Part shown: one piece after another, positions 9,417-20,019 of the stretch | Numbering within the stretch: position 1 is the stretch's first letter | Layout of the letters: every line of letters starts with the position of its first letter | NCBI GenBank assembly: GCA_946630725.1 | Contig: CAMOZB010000004.1 | Span: forward strand, 50,398 to 114,397 | Source: an uncultured Lachnospiraceae bacterium | GTDB lineage: Bacteria; Bacillota; Clostridia; Lachnospirales; Lachnospiraceae | DNA: 64,000 nucleotides | Reading direction: 5' to 3' | Position numbers and translations under genes: made by a program | The notes under the pieces: model-generated | Databases searched by the model: none | Seen by the model: the letters and a program-made list of their open reading frames with translations, nothing else | Told to the model about the DNA's origin: nothing

Positions 9417-12101
9417 TTATTTAAGTCGGTTTTTGATCTCTTGTAAATAAAGAAGAGCTTTGACAGGAGTCATATTATCAGTATCTAAGCTTTTAATTTC
9501 ATTAGTTATGCTCATTTCCTTAGGTGTTGCAAAGAGACTTAGCTGACCTGAGGAATCGTTTTTCGACGAAGCTTCTTTATGTGTGGTGACAACTTTTATG
9601 TCTCTTGCTTTACCGGTTATATCTTCTTCTGCCAGATATGTGGCTATTTCTTTAGCTCGTTCTGTTACTACAGAAGGTACGCCGGCAAGCTCAGCAACTT
9701 CAATTCCGTAGGATCTGTCAGCTCCTCCTCTTATGATTTTCCTTAAAAACACAAGAGAACTGCCGTCATGCTTAATGGCTATTGAATAATTATTTACTGA
9801 GGAAAGCTTGTCCTCAAGGTCAGTCAACTCATGATAATGCGTTGCAAACAGAGTCTTAGCGCCTATTGCATCCTTATCTGCTATGTACTCTACTACTGCC
9901 CATGCAATTGAAAGACCGTCAAAGGTTGAGGTTCCACGACCTATCTCATCCATAATGATAAGTGAATCGGAGGTTGCATTTCTTAGTATGTTAGCGACCT
10001 CACTCATCTCAACCATAAAGGTTGACTGTCCCTGCGACAGATCATCGCTTGCACCAACCCTTGTAAAGATACGGTCGGATATGGATATGCTGGCGCTTTC
10101 AGCAGGTACAAAGGATCCAATCTGAGCCATCAGACATATAAGGGCTGTCTGCCTCATATAGGTTGATTTACCGGCCATATTTGGACCTGTGATGATCATG
10201 ATTCGATTGGCCTGATCATCAAGATATGTATCATTTGGTATGAAGTCATCAGTTCTAAGCATCTGCTCGATAACCGGATGACGTCCTCCTGTTATATCGA
10301 TAACACCATTATCTGTTATGGCCGGTCTTACATAATTATTCCTCATGGAAATGTATGAAAGTGACGCCATAACATCAGTAAGAGCTATATATTCAGCTGT
10401 TTTCTGTACTCTTGCGGTTTCAAGAGCAAGAGTCTCTCTCAGCTTTACAAACTCATCATATTCCAGTCCGTAGAGATTTTCTTCAGCACTAAGTATGTCA
10501 CTTGATAGTATAGACAGCTCATCAGTAGTAAATCTCTCTGCATTTGTCAGAGTCTGCTTTCTGATAAAGTAGTCTGGAACAAGTGATTTATAAGAATTTG
10601 TAACCTCGAGGAAGTAACCAAATACACGGTTAAACTTAATTCTCAGATTTTTGATTCCTGTTTTCTCTCGCTCCCTATCCTCTAGCTCTGAGAGAAAGGT
10701 TTTGGAATTAAGCTTTTTATCTCTGTAATTATCAATATGCTCATTATATCCGGTTTTGAAGATACCGCCTTCTCTTACAGTAATAGGCGCGTCTTCGTCT
10801 ATAGCTCTCTCTAGAAGCTCATATATATCCTGCAAAGTATCAAAGCTATCATGCATCTCAGAAAAAAGTCTACCACTCATCTCACCAATAAGATTCTTGA
10901 TATATGGCAGATATGCAAGTGATGATTTAAAGCTCAGAAGGTCTCTGGGATTAGCTGTCTTCATAGATATACGTGTCATAAGACGCTCCATATCGTATAT
11001 GGAGCTCAGGTATTCTCTCATCTCATCTCTGGATATTACATTTACATTCAGAGAATCTATAGCATCAAGACGATCTTCAATTACAGATTTATTCATAAGA
11101 GGCATCTCAACAAAACCACGGAGCATTCTGGCTCCCATAGCTGTTTTGGTCTTGTCAAGAACCCAGAGAAGAGATCCTCTCTTCGATCCATCTCTCATGG
11201 TTTCCGTAAGCTCCAGATTTCTCTTTGTTGAGGAATCAAGAATCATATATTCATTTGCGTAATAAAGCTTCAGATTATTTATCTGACCAAGTGAACTCAT
11301 CTGTGTATCATACAGATACTGAAGAAGTGCTCCGATGGAGATAGTGGTTTCCGGAATATCCTTAAGTCCGAGTCCTTCTAATCCTGAAACCTTGAACTGC
11401 TTTTCAATCGAACTTTTTGAAGTATCCGGATTAAAGAAATATTCTTTGAGCGGACTCTTTGTTATCTGATATTTAGTACAAACATCAGTAAAAGTTAACA
11501 TAAATTCATTATCGTTAACTAAAGGTGTATTTTCACTGTATAAAATCTCCTTAGGCTGATACTTGATAATTTCATCTATGATCTTATCAGTCTCAGAAAC
11601 AGTCGTTGCCATGAATTCTCCGGTTGATATATCCGAAACAGCTATTCCATATACCATGCCACCCTTTTTTTCAGCTTTTGCGAGAACTGAAAAGCACATT
11701 ATGTAATTATTCTTGTCCTCTGAGAGGTTTGAATCTCCCATGCTGGTTCCCGGAGTAACTATACGGATAACCTTTCTCTCGACAAGTCCCTTTGCCAGTT
11801 TCGGATCCTGAACCTGTTCGCATATGGCGACCTTGAATCCCTTTTCAATAAGCTTTCCTATATACACCTCAGCAGCATGATATGGAATACCGCACATAGG
11901 CGCTCTTTCTTCCATGCCGCAGTCTTTTCCTGTGAGCGTCAGCTCAAGCTCCTTTGATATATCAAGTGCATCTTCAAAAAACATTTCATAGAAATCACCC
12001 AGCCTGTAGAAAAGTACACAGTCAGGGTGTTCGTCCTTCGTTTTTAAATAATGCTGCATCATTGGCGACAGCTTACTTCTGTCTATTTCCTTAGAATTCA
12101 T
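9417..12101 (-). CDS. mutS: DNA mismatch repair protein MutS
   Basis: 894 aa with the N-terminal mismatch-binding motifs MMQHYL and FYRLGDFYEMFFEDA, and the Walker A motif GPNMAGKST. Confidence 0.97.
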   Translation of the reverse strand: MNSKEIDRSKLSPMMQHYLKTKDEHPDCVLFYRLGDFYEMFFEDALDISKELELTLTGKDCGMEERAPMCGIPYHAAEVYIGKLIEKGFKVAICEQVQDPKLAKGLVERKVIRIVTPGTSMGDSNLSEDKNNYIMCFSVLAKAEKKGGMVYGIAVSDISTGEFMATTVSETDKIIDEIIKYQPKEILYSENTPLVNDNEFMLTFTDVCTKYQITKSPLKEYFFNPDTSKSSIEKQFKVSGLEGLGLKDIPETTISIGALLQYLYDTQMSSLGQINNLKLYYANEYMILDSSTKRNLELTETMRDGSKRGSLLWVLDKTKTAMGARMLRGFVEMPLMNKSVIEDRLDAIDSLNVNVISRDEMREYLSSIYDMERLMTRISMKTANPRDLLSFKSSLAYLPYIKNLIGEMSGRLFSEMHDSFDTLQDIYELLERAIDEDAPITVREGGIFKTGYNEHIDNYRDKKLNSKTFLSELEDREREKTGIKNLRIKFNRVFGYFLEVTNSYKSLVPDYFIRKQTLTNAERFTTDELSILSSDILSAEENLYGLEYDEFVKLRETLALETARVQKTAEYIALTDVMASLSYISMRNNYVRPAITDNGVIDITGGRHPVIEQMLRTDDFIPNDTYLDDQANRIMIITGPNMAGKSTYMRQTALICLMAQIGSFVPAESASISISDRIFTRVGASDDLSQGQSTFMVEMSEVANILRNATSDSLIIMDEIGRGTSTFDGLSIAWAVVEYIADKDAIGAKTLFATHYHELTDLEDKLSSVNNYSIAIKHDGSSLVFLRKIIRGGADRSYGIEVAELAGVPSVVTERAKEIATYLAEEDITGKARDIKVVTTHKEASSKNDSSGQLSLFATPKEMSITNEIKSLDTDNMTPVKALLYLQEIKNRLK

Positions 12102-12114
12102 CTATAACTCCCGG

Positions 12115-13602
12115 TTACTGATTTTTAATGGATTCCCCCATATAGTAGAACCCTTTTGCTTCGTTTAGTTTAACATTTACAAAACTTCCTATGAGACTTT
12201 CATCTCCCGGAAAATGTACAAGAATGTTATTATCCATTCTTCCTGTAACATATCCCTCCATATGGTCATTCAGGCATTCAACAAGTACTTCCTTGGTCTC
12301 GCCTTCAAATCTTCCGGAAACCTCAGTACAGCTATCTCTTACAACCTCAAGTACCCTGTTAAATCTCTCATTAACAAGCTTCGGATCGGTCTGCTCCATT
12401 TTTGCTGCAGGTGTACCTGTTCTTATAGAATAGATAAATGTAAATGCCTGATCATACTTAGCATACTTTATAACATCAATCGTATCCTGAATATCCTCAT
12501 CTGTTTCTCCCGGGAAACCGACCATAATATCTGTAGTAAGAGAAACATCCGGAAGTTTAGCTCTTATTTTATCTACAAGAGCCATATAATCCTCCTTAGT
12601 ATATCGACGATTCATGGCCTTAAGTATAGACGATGATCCGGACTGAACCGGCAGATGTATATGTCTGGCAACCTTAGGATTTCTTGCTATTACATCGATA
12701 AGCTTGTCAGAAAGATCCTTCGGATGACTGGTCATAAACCTGACTCTTTTCAGTCCGTCTATACGACAGACATCCTCAAGTAGATCAGGAAAATCATAAT
12801 CAGGATTTTCTTTTATTATCTCACTCTCCTCCAGAAAGTTTATGCCATATGAGTTTACATTTTGGCCAAGAAGCATTATCTCAACACAGCCGTCAGAAAC
12901 AAGTCTTCTTGTCTCACAAAGAATATCCTCCGGTGTACGGCTTCTCTCCCTGCCTCTTACATATGGAACTATGCAATAGGTACAGAAATTATTGCAGCCA
13001 TACATAATATTCACACCTGATTTGAAGCTGTATTTTCTTCGTTCAGGCAGATTCTCAACATTCAGCTCAGGCTTAGCCAGAACTTCTATAATCTGTCTCT
13101 CAGAACCTGAAAGTCTCTTATATAGAAGCTCAGCAAGCTTGTAGAAATTAAATGTACCAAAAACCATATCTACAAATGCGTACTTATTTCTAATGACATC
13201 AACAGTTTCCGGCTGCTGCATCATACAACCACATATACCGATAAGCATGTCCTTATTACTCTGCTTACGCTTCTTAAGAGAACCCAGATGACCATAAAGT
13301 TTCTGATTTGCATTTTCTCTTACAGTACAGGTATTAAATATAACGAAATCAGCCTTATCCTCATCCTCAACCTCTTTATAGCCGATTTTCTCCAGGATAC
13401 CGACAAGCTTTTCTGAATCATGGGCATTCATCTGACAGCCGAAGGTTGCCACATGAAACCCCGGAGCTCTGCCATTATCAATTATAAATTGCTCTATTAT
13501 CTCATGACATTTATTCATGAAATATTCCTGTCTGGCAGGTTCCTCTATTGGAGCTACAGCCTGTATATCTTCATTTAACTCATATTCAAGTTTATCATTC
13601 AT
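12115..13602 (-). CDS. miaB: tRNA (N6-isopentenyl-A37) methylthiotransferase MiaB
   Basis: 495 aa. It has a UPF0004 N-domain (FGCQMN), the radical-SAM motif CNNFCTYCIVPYVRG and a TRAM C-terminus. Confidence 0.92.
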   Translation of the reverse strand: MNDKLEYELNEDIQAVAPIEEPARQEYFMNKCHEIIEQFIIDNGRAPGFHVATFGCQMNAHDSEKLVGILEKIGYKEVEDEDKADFVIFNTCTVRENANQKLYGHLGSLKKRKQSNKDMLIGICGCMMQQPETVDVIRNKYAFVDMVFGTFNFYKLAELLYKRLSGSERQIIEVLAKPELNVENLPERRKYSFKSGVNIMYGCNNFCTYCIVPYVRGRERSRTPEDILCETRRLVSDGCVEIMLLGQNVNSYGINFLEESEIIKENPDYDFPDLLEDVCRIDGLKRVRFMTSHPKDLSDKLIDVIARNPKVARHIHLPVQSGSSSILKAMNRRYTKEDYMALVDKIRAKLPDVSLTTDIMVGFPGETDEDIQDTIDVIKYAKYDQAFTFIYSIRTGTPAAKMEQTDPKLVNERFNRVLEVVRDSCTEVSGRFEGETKEVLVECLNDHMEGYVTGRMDNNILVHFPGDESLIGSFVNVKLNEAKGFYYMGESIKNQ

Positions 13603-13618
13603 TTTATATAACCTTTTA

Positions 13619-15580
13619 TTATAAATTTTCTAATTCATTCATCCATATCGCAGCCGATGCATCACTTGGCATTCTGAGATCTCCTCTTGGAGATAATGAA
13701 ACACTACCAACCTTAACTCCATCCGGCATACAGCTCCTCTTGAACTGCTGATTGAAGAATCTTCTGTAATAAAGTGTTATCCACTTTTTAATCTCTTCAT
13801 CAGAATAATCATCCTTAAAGGCCTTCTTAGCCAGATAGAACACCTTGGATGGTCTGAATCCATAACGTAAGCTGTTATAGATAAAGAAATCATGGAGCTC
13901 ATAAGGTCCAACACTAGACTCGGTTTTCTGAACTATATTTCCATTTTCATCCGGAGGGAGAAGCTCAGGACTGATCGGAGTATCCAGAATATCTCTCAGA
14001 ACATTAGATGCTGCAGGAAATATACTATTTTCAACAACTGAGTCAATCATCCATCTGACCAGAGTTTTGGGTATACTTCCGTTTACCCCGTACATACTCA
14101 TCTGATCACCGTTATAAGTACACCATCCAAGTGCCAACTCAGACAGATCTCCGGTACCTACAACCAGACCATTATTTGCATTTGCATAGTCCATAAGAAC
14201 CTGAGTTCTCTCACGAGCTTGAGTATTCTCATAAGTAATATCCTTATTTTCTATGTCGTGACCGATATCCTTCAGATGCTGAACGCAGGACTCCTTTATA
14301 TCGATTATTATCGGTTCTGCACCAAGAGCCCTGATGAGCTCCAGCGAATTATTATAAGTTCTGTCAGTTGTTCCAAAAGCCGGCATAGTTATGGCTATCA
14401 GATCAGAACTATCTCTCTTCATCTTCTTAAGAGCCTTTGCAGAAACAAGAAGTGCAAGTGTTGAATCCATTCCTCCAGATACACCAACAACAGGTCTTGA
14501 GCCGGTTATTTTCAGCCTTTTAACCAGTCCGCTTACCTGCATATCGAAGATCTCGTTACATCTCTTTATTCTCTTATCCTTTGATTTAGGAATAAACGGA
14601 TGCTTTGGAGCATTTATATATTCTCCATCAGATTCTGGAACGCTCTGGTAAGGAAGTCTGACTCTGTTAACCTGAGCAATTTTTTCCTTGAACATCAGAC
14701 AGGAATCAGCAAATGTAGTCGAAAGCTTTCTGTCATATCTGATCTTCTCTATATCAATGTCGGCAATCATCAGATAATCATCTGCGATAAAATCTCTATT
14801 CTCATTTATAAGAGCACCATTCTGCGCCAATATACTATGACCTGAGAATATAAGATCCTGAGTAGATTCGCTTGAACCTGCAGATACATATAGATAGTCA
14901 CCCAGGCATGAGGCTGACTGATGTTTTACGAGATTCTTTCTGTATTCTCTCTTTGCTATAGTCTCATTGCTGGCAGATATGTTGAATATGATTTCAGCAC
15001 CAGCTAGTGCCAGAGTGTTTGATGGTGGTATAGGTGACCACAGATCCTCACATATCTCTACTCCGAAGGAAACTGAGCCGGTATCTTCAAAAACGAGATT
15101 ATTTCCAATAGGAACCGTATAATCCATATCTGTGAGACTAAGTCCAAGATCCTTTACATCAACTGAACTTATCTCAAGCTCGTTTGCAGAAACAAACCAT
15201 CTCTTCTCGTAAAATTCATGATAGTTTGGAATCATGGTCTTAACAGCGATTCCGAGAACTTTAGAATCTCTTATTACATATGCTGTATTATAAAGCTTGT
15301 TTCTCAGCTGAAGCGGTGCACCTATTATGATAATCTCGCTTCTTCCCTTAGTAGATTCGATTATATCGGACAAAGTTTTATTAGAAGCCTTGATAAGTGC
15401 ATCCTGAAAGAATAGATCCTGACAGCTATAGCCAGTTGTAGCAAGCTCAGGGAGAGCTATATAAGAAGCCTTATAACCATATGCTTCCTTCAGCTTCTCC
15501 ATTATTTTTTCTTTATTAAACTCTGTATTTCCGACAGAAACCTCGGGCACACAGGCTGCTACTCTGTAAAAATCAAACAT
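13619..15580 (-). CDS. nadE: Glutamine-dependent NAD+ synthetase
   Basis: 653 aa. An N-terminal CN-hydrolase (glutaminase) domain is followed by the PP-loop SGGMDS in the C-terminal synthetase domain. Confidence 0.9.
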   Translation of the reverse strand: MFDFYRVAACVPEVSVGNTEFNKEKIMEKLKEAYGYKASYIALPELATTGYSCQDLFFQDALIKASNKTLSDIIESTKGRSEIIIIGAPLQLRNKLYNTAYVIRDSKVLGIAVKTMIPNYHEFYEKRWFVSANELEISSVDVKDLGLSLTDMDYTVPIGNNLVFEDTGSVSFGVEICEDLWSPIPPSNTLALAGAEIIFNISASNETIAKREYRKNLVKHQSASCLGDYLYVSAGSSESTQDLIFSGHSILAQNGALINENRDFIADDYLMIADIDIEKIRYDRKLSTTFADSCLMFKEKIAQVNRVRLPYQSVPESDGEYINAPKHPFIPKSKDKRIKRCNEIFDMQVSGLVKRLKITGSRPVVGVSGGMDSTLALLVSAKALKKMKRDSSDLIAITMPAFGTTDRTYNNSLELIRALGAEPIIIDIKESCVQHLKDIGHDIENKDITYENTQARERTQVLMDYANANNGLVVGTGDLSELALGWCTYNGDQMSMYGVNGSIPKTLVRWMIDSVVENSIFPAASNVLRDILDTPISPELLPPDENGNIVQKTESSVGPYELHDFFIYNSLRYGFRPSKVFYLAKKAFKDDYSDEEIKKWITLYYRRFFNQQFKRSCMPDGVKVGSVSLSPRGDLRMPSDASAAIWMNELENL

Positions 15581-15593
15581 ACTTTACCTCCGC

Positions 15594-16124
15594 TTAACGT
15601 TCTTCCAGATCTCTGTTTAGTCCCTCAAGATAAGGAACCATAGCAGGTCCATTGGGTTTAAGGAAGAAATCATCTTCCAGTTCTATATATTTAAAATTCT
15701 TGGCGTGACCTTCTTTTATTCTTTCATGATAAGTCTTTAACTCACTAAATCTCATATAATAGATATCATTTCTGTCAGTAAAAAGAATAAGCAGAAATGC
15801 AACACCACCCTGTTTTTCAAAATCAGACATAAATTCATACTGGTGTTCATGGATATTCTGCATAGAAAATGTATCCGTAGCACATTCCTTTGCATCAAAG
15901 CATATGGGAATTTCCTGCACAACGCCTATATAGTCAACAGTAGAATCCTTCTCAAAATAGGCTTCTGTAATAAGCCTCTTCTCATTATCAAACTTGAGAG
16001 GAACTATAGGTGTAGGAATTTTCTGCACCAACGCCAGGCCTTTTTTTCTGTAATATTCATTTGTATTATTTATAAGAGTCTCAAAGGCCGAACCTCTCAG
16101 TCCTCTGTTTTTCCAGGTTGCCAT
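15594..16124 (-). CDS. recU: Holliday junction resolvase RecU
   Basis: 176 aa. The N-terminus (NRGLRGSAFETLINNTNEYY), the DYIGV...FDAKE catalytic region and the length match RecU. Confidence 0.85.
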   Translation of the reverse strand: MATWKNRGLRGSAFETLINNTNEYYRKKGLALVQKIPTPIVPLKFDNEKRLITEAYFEKDSTVDYIGVVQEIPICFDAKECATDTFSMQNIHEHQYEFMSDFEKQGGVAFLLILFTDRNDIYYMRFSELKTYHERIKEGHAKNFKYIELEDDFFLKPNGPAMVPYLEGLNRDLEER

Positions 16125-17092
16125 ACATAACTCCTAAAAAGCTTCTTATAGATATCAGGTATATCTGCGCAATATGTTTTACCGGATATAGTCTCATCTC
16201 CATCCGGAAATACTACCTCATATGCAGTAAGCAACTGATTATTTAATCCCACCTTCTGTTTAAACCTACTGTTTACACTTCTGTCACCGTATTTAATATC
16301 ACCTATTATCGGATATCCCATATGAGATAGATGAGCTCTGATCTGATGACTCTTTCCGGTAATAAGCTCTATTTTAAGAAGCGTTATATCTTCTTCCTGA
16401 TTGTAGCAAAGCTTTTTAGTGCGAGTTCTTATCTCCAGATAGCCCTTTTCAGGAGAATTCTTGATCATAACCTTGTTATTCTTAGGATCCTTCGATAGAT
16501 AAGCGGTGCTTTCTCCCTCTATATCACATTTTCCAGCTACTACAGCTATATAAAACTTTTTTATACTTCTGTCTCTGATTACTTCAGACAGATATCTGGA
16601 GCCATGAGAGGTTTTTCCTGCTACTATTATTCCGCTTGTGTTTCTGTCAAGTCTGTTACATACGGAGGGCTTAAAGGTTCTGAGAGACTCATCTGTTACT
16701 GAACCGTTTTTCTTCAGATAATCAATAATGATCTCATTTATGGAATAATCCTCAGGTTTTGCCTTCTGTGACAGCATATTTATCGGCTTAAAACAGAACA
16801 GAAAATCATCATCCTCATATATAATATCCGGATCAAAATACATACTTGAATGATCTAAGTCACCTTCCGATTTTTTTGAAAACTTTTCTATAGTATCATC
16901 ACTTAGATAAAGCTTGATACTGTCTCCGGTTTTTAACTTTACATCTGAATCCGCTTTCTTATCATTAAGTACTATATTCTTCTTTCGAAGCATCTTGTAG
17001 ATAAAGGAAGCCGGAGCACTGCTGAGATAATTAGACAGAACTTTTCTCAGCTTATATCCATCTTCATTTTTAGTGATTATAATCTCTTTCAT
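16097..17092 (-). CDS. RluA-family pseudouridine synthase with S4 domain
   Basis: 331 aa with an S4-like N-terminus, the catalytic motif RLDRNTSG and the motif HQIRAH. Confidence 0.85.
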   Translation of the reverse strand: MKEIIITKNEDGYKLRKVLSNYLSSAPASFIYKMLRKKNIVLNDKKADSDVKLKTGDSIKLYLSDDTIEKFSKKSEGDLDHSSMYFDPDIIYEDDDFLFCFKPINMLSQKAKPEDYSINEIIIDYLKKNGSVTDESLRTFKPSVCNRLDRNTSGIIVAGKTSHGSRYLSEVIRDRSIKKFYIAVVAGKCDIEGESTAYLSKDPKNNKVMIKNSPEKGYLEIRTRTKKLCYNQEEDITLLKIELITGKSHQIRAHLSHMGYPIIGDIKYGDRSVNSRFKQKVGLNNQLLTAYEVVFPDGDETISGKTYCADIPDIYKKLFRSYVWQPGKTED

Positions 17093-17095
17093 GCT

Positions 17096-17686
17096 TTAAA
17101 ATCCCATACTAAGCAGATTATCTGTAACTTTTTTATCAGTTTTTTGGGTAGTTTTATCTGGCTCATGAAGCTTCTTCAGCTCTTTACTGAAGGTAGAATA
17201 CTTTTCTGTAACAAATATACGATAATTTGTTTTGGAAAAATCATTTACTTCACTTATATACTTCTTTATCTTCTCTCTCTTTTTGACTTCCTTCTCGTCA
17301 GGTGTGTAGCATATGATACTGTTATTATATACAGTAAGACATGGTATATATACGACTCCATCACTCTCAGTCACAGTGATATCATAAAGAAGCTGAACCT
17401 CGGTTTCCTTGGAAAGCTTTACTGTTTTTTCGTATTCTTCCGTGGATAGAGGTTTTGCCTTAAGAGACATAAAAACATCAATTACATTTCTTGCAAATGG
17501 AATTGAAAGGACACATGCGACAATCACAAATAAGGTCTTTCTCGTATGAAAAACCATGATACTGAATACAACATCAGAGACGATAAGAATCAAAATGAAA
17601 AGTGCCATTATGAGTCTCTTATTTCTATAATGCTTTGAATGTCCGTAATTTCCTTTTGAATAATTTCTTTTCTTGGTGTTTTTCAT
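17096..17686 (-). CDS. Hypothetical membrane protein (two N-terminal TM helices)
   Basis: A 196-aa ORF with 4-nt overlap with the upstream methyltransferase gene. I recognise no family. Confidence 0.5.
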   Translation of the reverse strand: MKNTKKRNYSKGNYGHSKHYRNKRLIMALFILILIVSDVVFSIMVFHTRKTLFVIVACVLSIPFARNVIDVFMSLKAKPLSTEEYEKTVKLSKETEVQLLYDITVTESDGVVYIPCLTVYNNSIICYTPDEKEVKKREKIKKYISEVNDFSKTNYRIFVTEKYSTFSKELKKLHEPDKTTQKTDKKVTDNLLSMGF

Positions 17687-19065
17687 ATCATTCTCCAGCC
17701 GGGCAGGTATTTGTTCTTTAGTGTACCGTTAGTCAGTTTTCCAAATCCAAGAGGAAATCTGTCTACCATAACCAGAACCCATCCGGCACTTAATCCTGTT
17801 TCCTCACTTAAATCGAGAGTTTCACCCTTTAGATATTTGCCTGTACGGATATCATCAGGAGTAAACGAAACAGTATTATCAAAGCTTTCCTTACCTAGTA
17901 TCATAGCAAAGGACTGACTGGGCTCAAACCTGTTCTTTTTAAGCTCTCCCAGATAAACTCCCCTTCTCATAATACGCATTCCATTTAGTTCAGGAGATTC
18001 AGCAGGAACAAGAAATAGTTTATTATTTCTGAATTCCAAACAGGAATTATCCGAAAGCTTAACATGTGACAGAAACTCTTCTATCTCAGGGACATTACCC
18101 TTATATCTGTTTATATGGTACTGGCCACAAGTGGCATATCTGGCTTCTTCCTCATATGACTTAAGAAGTGCTGTATAATGTCCCTCACCTTTTATTTTAT
18201 GAGGAAACAGATGATAGGTCTTTTTTAGATCCAGATCATCAGATTCAGCCCACTCAGGATTTCCCGGCACAAAACCATCATATGCGTTCATTTGTTCTAT
18301 TTTGAGACTTGGATCAAGTTCCTTCAGATAAAGAACCTGTTTTTCATCCTCTCCCGGATCAAATGTACATGTAGAATACAGGATGCTTCCTCCGGGCTTA
18401 AGCATTTTTACCGCTTCCTTCAGGATGGAACGCTGAATTCCTATAAACTTATCATTTCCATTTTGCTCCCACGCAGTAACCATGGCATGAGACTTTCTGA
18501 ACATACCCTCACCTGAACATGGTGCATCTATAAGAATCTTATCAAAATATGCTTCGAAAACATGCGATAGATTTTCCGGTGTTTCGCATGTAATTATAGA
18601 ATTCTTTATACCGAAAACTTCTATGTTTTTCTGAAGGGCCTTTAATCTTGAAGCACTTATATCATTTGAAACAAGAAGACCTGTCCCACCCAGTTTTGCT
18701 CCAAGTTCTGTGGATTTGCCGCCAGGTGCAGCGCAAAGATCAAGAACCTTATCTCCCGGGTCAATAGGAAGTGATGCAGCAGGCAGACATGCACTTGGTT
18801 CCTGCAGATAATAAAGTCCGGCATAGTAAAAAGGATGCTTCGATGGTGTATCCACTGAAGCATCATAATAGAATCCGTTCTTAGTCCAAGGTACGGGGGT
18901 CAGCTCAAATGGTGATATACGCAGAAACTCTTCGACTGATACTTTTAGTGTATTTACCCTAAGGCACGTATACATAGGCTCTGAAAGACTTGCCTCATAT
19001 TGAGGATACTCATCCTTCAACATATAAGACATTTTATTTTTAAAAGAATCTGGAAGTCTCATCAT
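17683..19065 (-). CDS. NOL1/NOP2/Sun-family (RsmB/RsmF-like) rRNA m5C methyltransferase
   Basis: 460 aa with the SAM motif LDLCAAPGGKST and the catalytic region DAPCSGEGMFRK ... STCT. It has a C-terminal PUA-like extension. Confidence 0.82.
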   Translation of the reverse strand: MMRLPDSFKNKMSYMLKDEYPQYEASLSEPMYTCLRVNTLKVSVEEFLRISPFELTPVPWTKNGFYYDASVDTPSKHPFYYAGLYYLQEPSACLPAASLPIDPGDKVLDLCAAPGGKSTELGAKLGGTGLLVSNDISASRLKALQKNIEVFGIKNSIITCETPENLSHVFEAYFDKILIDAPCSGEGMFRKSHAMVTAWEQNGNDKFIGIQRSILKEAVKMLKPGGSILYSTCTFDPGEDEKQVLYLKELDPSLKIEQMNAYDGFVPGNPEWAESDDLDLKKTYHLFPHKIKGEGHYTALLKSYEEEARYATCGQYHINRYKGNVPEIEEFLSHVKLSDNSCLEFRNNKLFLVPAESPELNGMRIMRRGVYLGELKKNRFEPSQSFAMILGKESFDNTVSFTPDDIRTGKYLKGETLDLSEETGLSAGWVLVMVDRFPLGFGKLTNGTLKNKYLPGWRMI

Positions 19066-19998
19066 CTAGTCTGTGACATCTGCGTCACCCTCCGTATGTA
19101 CTGGATTGGTATCAATATTTACTCTTGAGTACAAAAAATCGTACTCTTTTTTATAGGTTTCATCATTTGGATAATTATCAGTAAGGCTTTTTGCCTTATT
19201 TAGTGCACTGACATAATCATGATTTCTTTCAGTTATTATTATGTCATTATACAGAAGCTTATCCATATACAAATCGTCTTCAGCATTCATTCCCTTATTA
19301 ACTATACTTGTTGCTGTTTCCGTATCACCAGTATCGAGATAATAAGCTGAAAGCTGATAAGCTATATATGTATTCAGACCATATTCTTCTGTGTAGATAT
19401 CATAATATTTGATCATATCTTCGTAGTTAGCCATCTGCTGATAACAGGTTCCCAGATATATACTGATTGATTTATTTCCAGCCTCATACTCTTTTTTCAA
19501 CTGATCAATAGTATTTGTACTGATATCACCTCGGCTTGATTGATCAAGAGCATCTGCAAGAAGCTGCATACCAACAATCTCATCCTTATCGATGGTTGCT
19601 GAAGAACTGCTGTATTCATCAATCATCTTTTTATAGCATTTGGATGCTTCTCCATAATCACCCGTTCTCATATGGCACGCGGCTATGTAAAGATTTGAAT
19701 CAAAGTCCATCTTTGAGGAAAAAAGCTGCTCTGTATTAATAGATATCGAAAACTCCTTAAGCGCTTCATCGTAGCTGCCCTTGTTAAAAGCCTTTATCCC
19801 CTTATCACGATGCTCGGTTTTATCGGAGACAGAATGAGCAACTATAATAATTGTAGCAATAATAGCTATTATGGAGAATATAGTTATACAGAAGAAAACT
19901 CTTATATTACGTCTCCTTCTTGCTGCTCTCATTCTTGCTCTTTTAGCTCTGATATCTCGTTCTATTCTGCGTTTTTCTATAGACTGTCTGTCAGGCAT
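19066..19998 (-). CDS. Membrane-anchored TPR-like repeat protein
   Basis: 310 aa. A basic N-terminus and one TM helix are followed by helical repeats rich in Y/A/L with TPR-like periodicity. Its stop abuts the downstream start. Confidence 0.5.
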   Translation of the reverse strand: MPDRQSIEKRRIERDIRAKRARMRAARRRRNIRVFFCITIFSIIAIIATIIIVAHSVSDKTEHRDKGIKAFNKGSYDEALKEFSISINTEQLFSSKMDFDSNLYIAACHMRTGDYGEASKCYKKMIDEYSSSSATIDKDEIVGMQLLADALDQSSRGDISTNTIDQLKKEYEAGNKSISIYLGTCYQQMANYEDMIKYYDIYTEEYGLNTYIAYQLSAYYLDTGDTETATSIVNKGMNAEDDLYMDKLLYNDIIITERNHDYVSALNKAKSLTDNYPNDETYKKEYDFLYSRVNIDTNPVHTEGDADVTD

Positions 19999-20019
19999 AT
20001 CACTTCTCCGATTTTATAT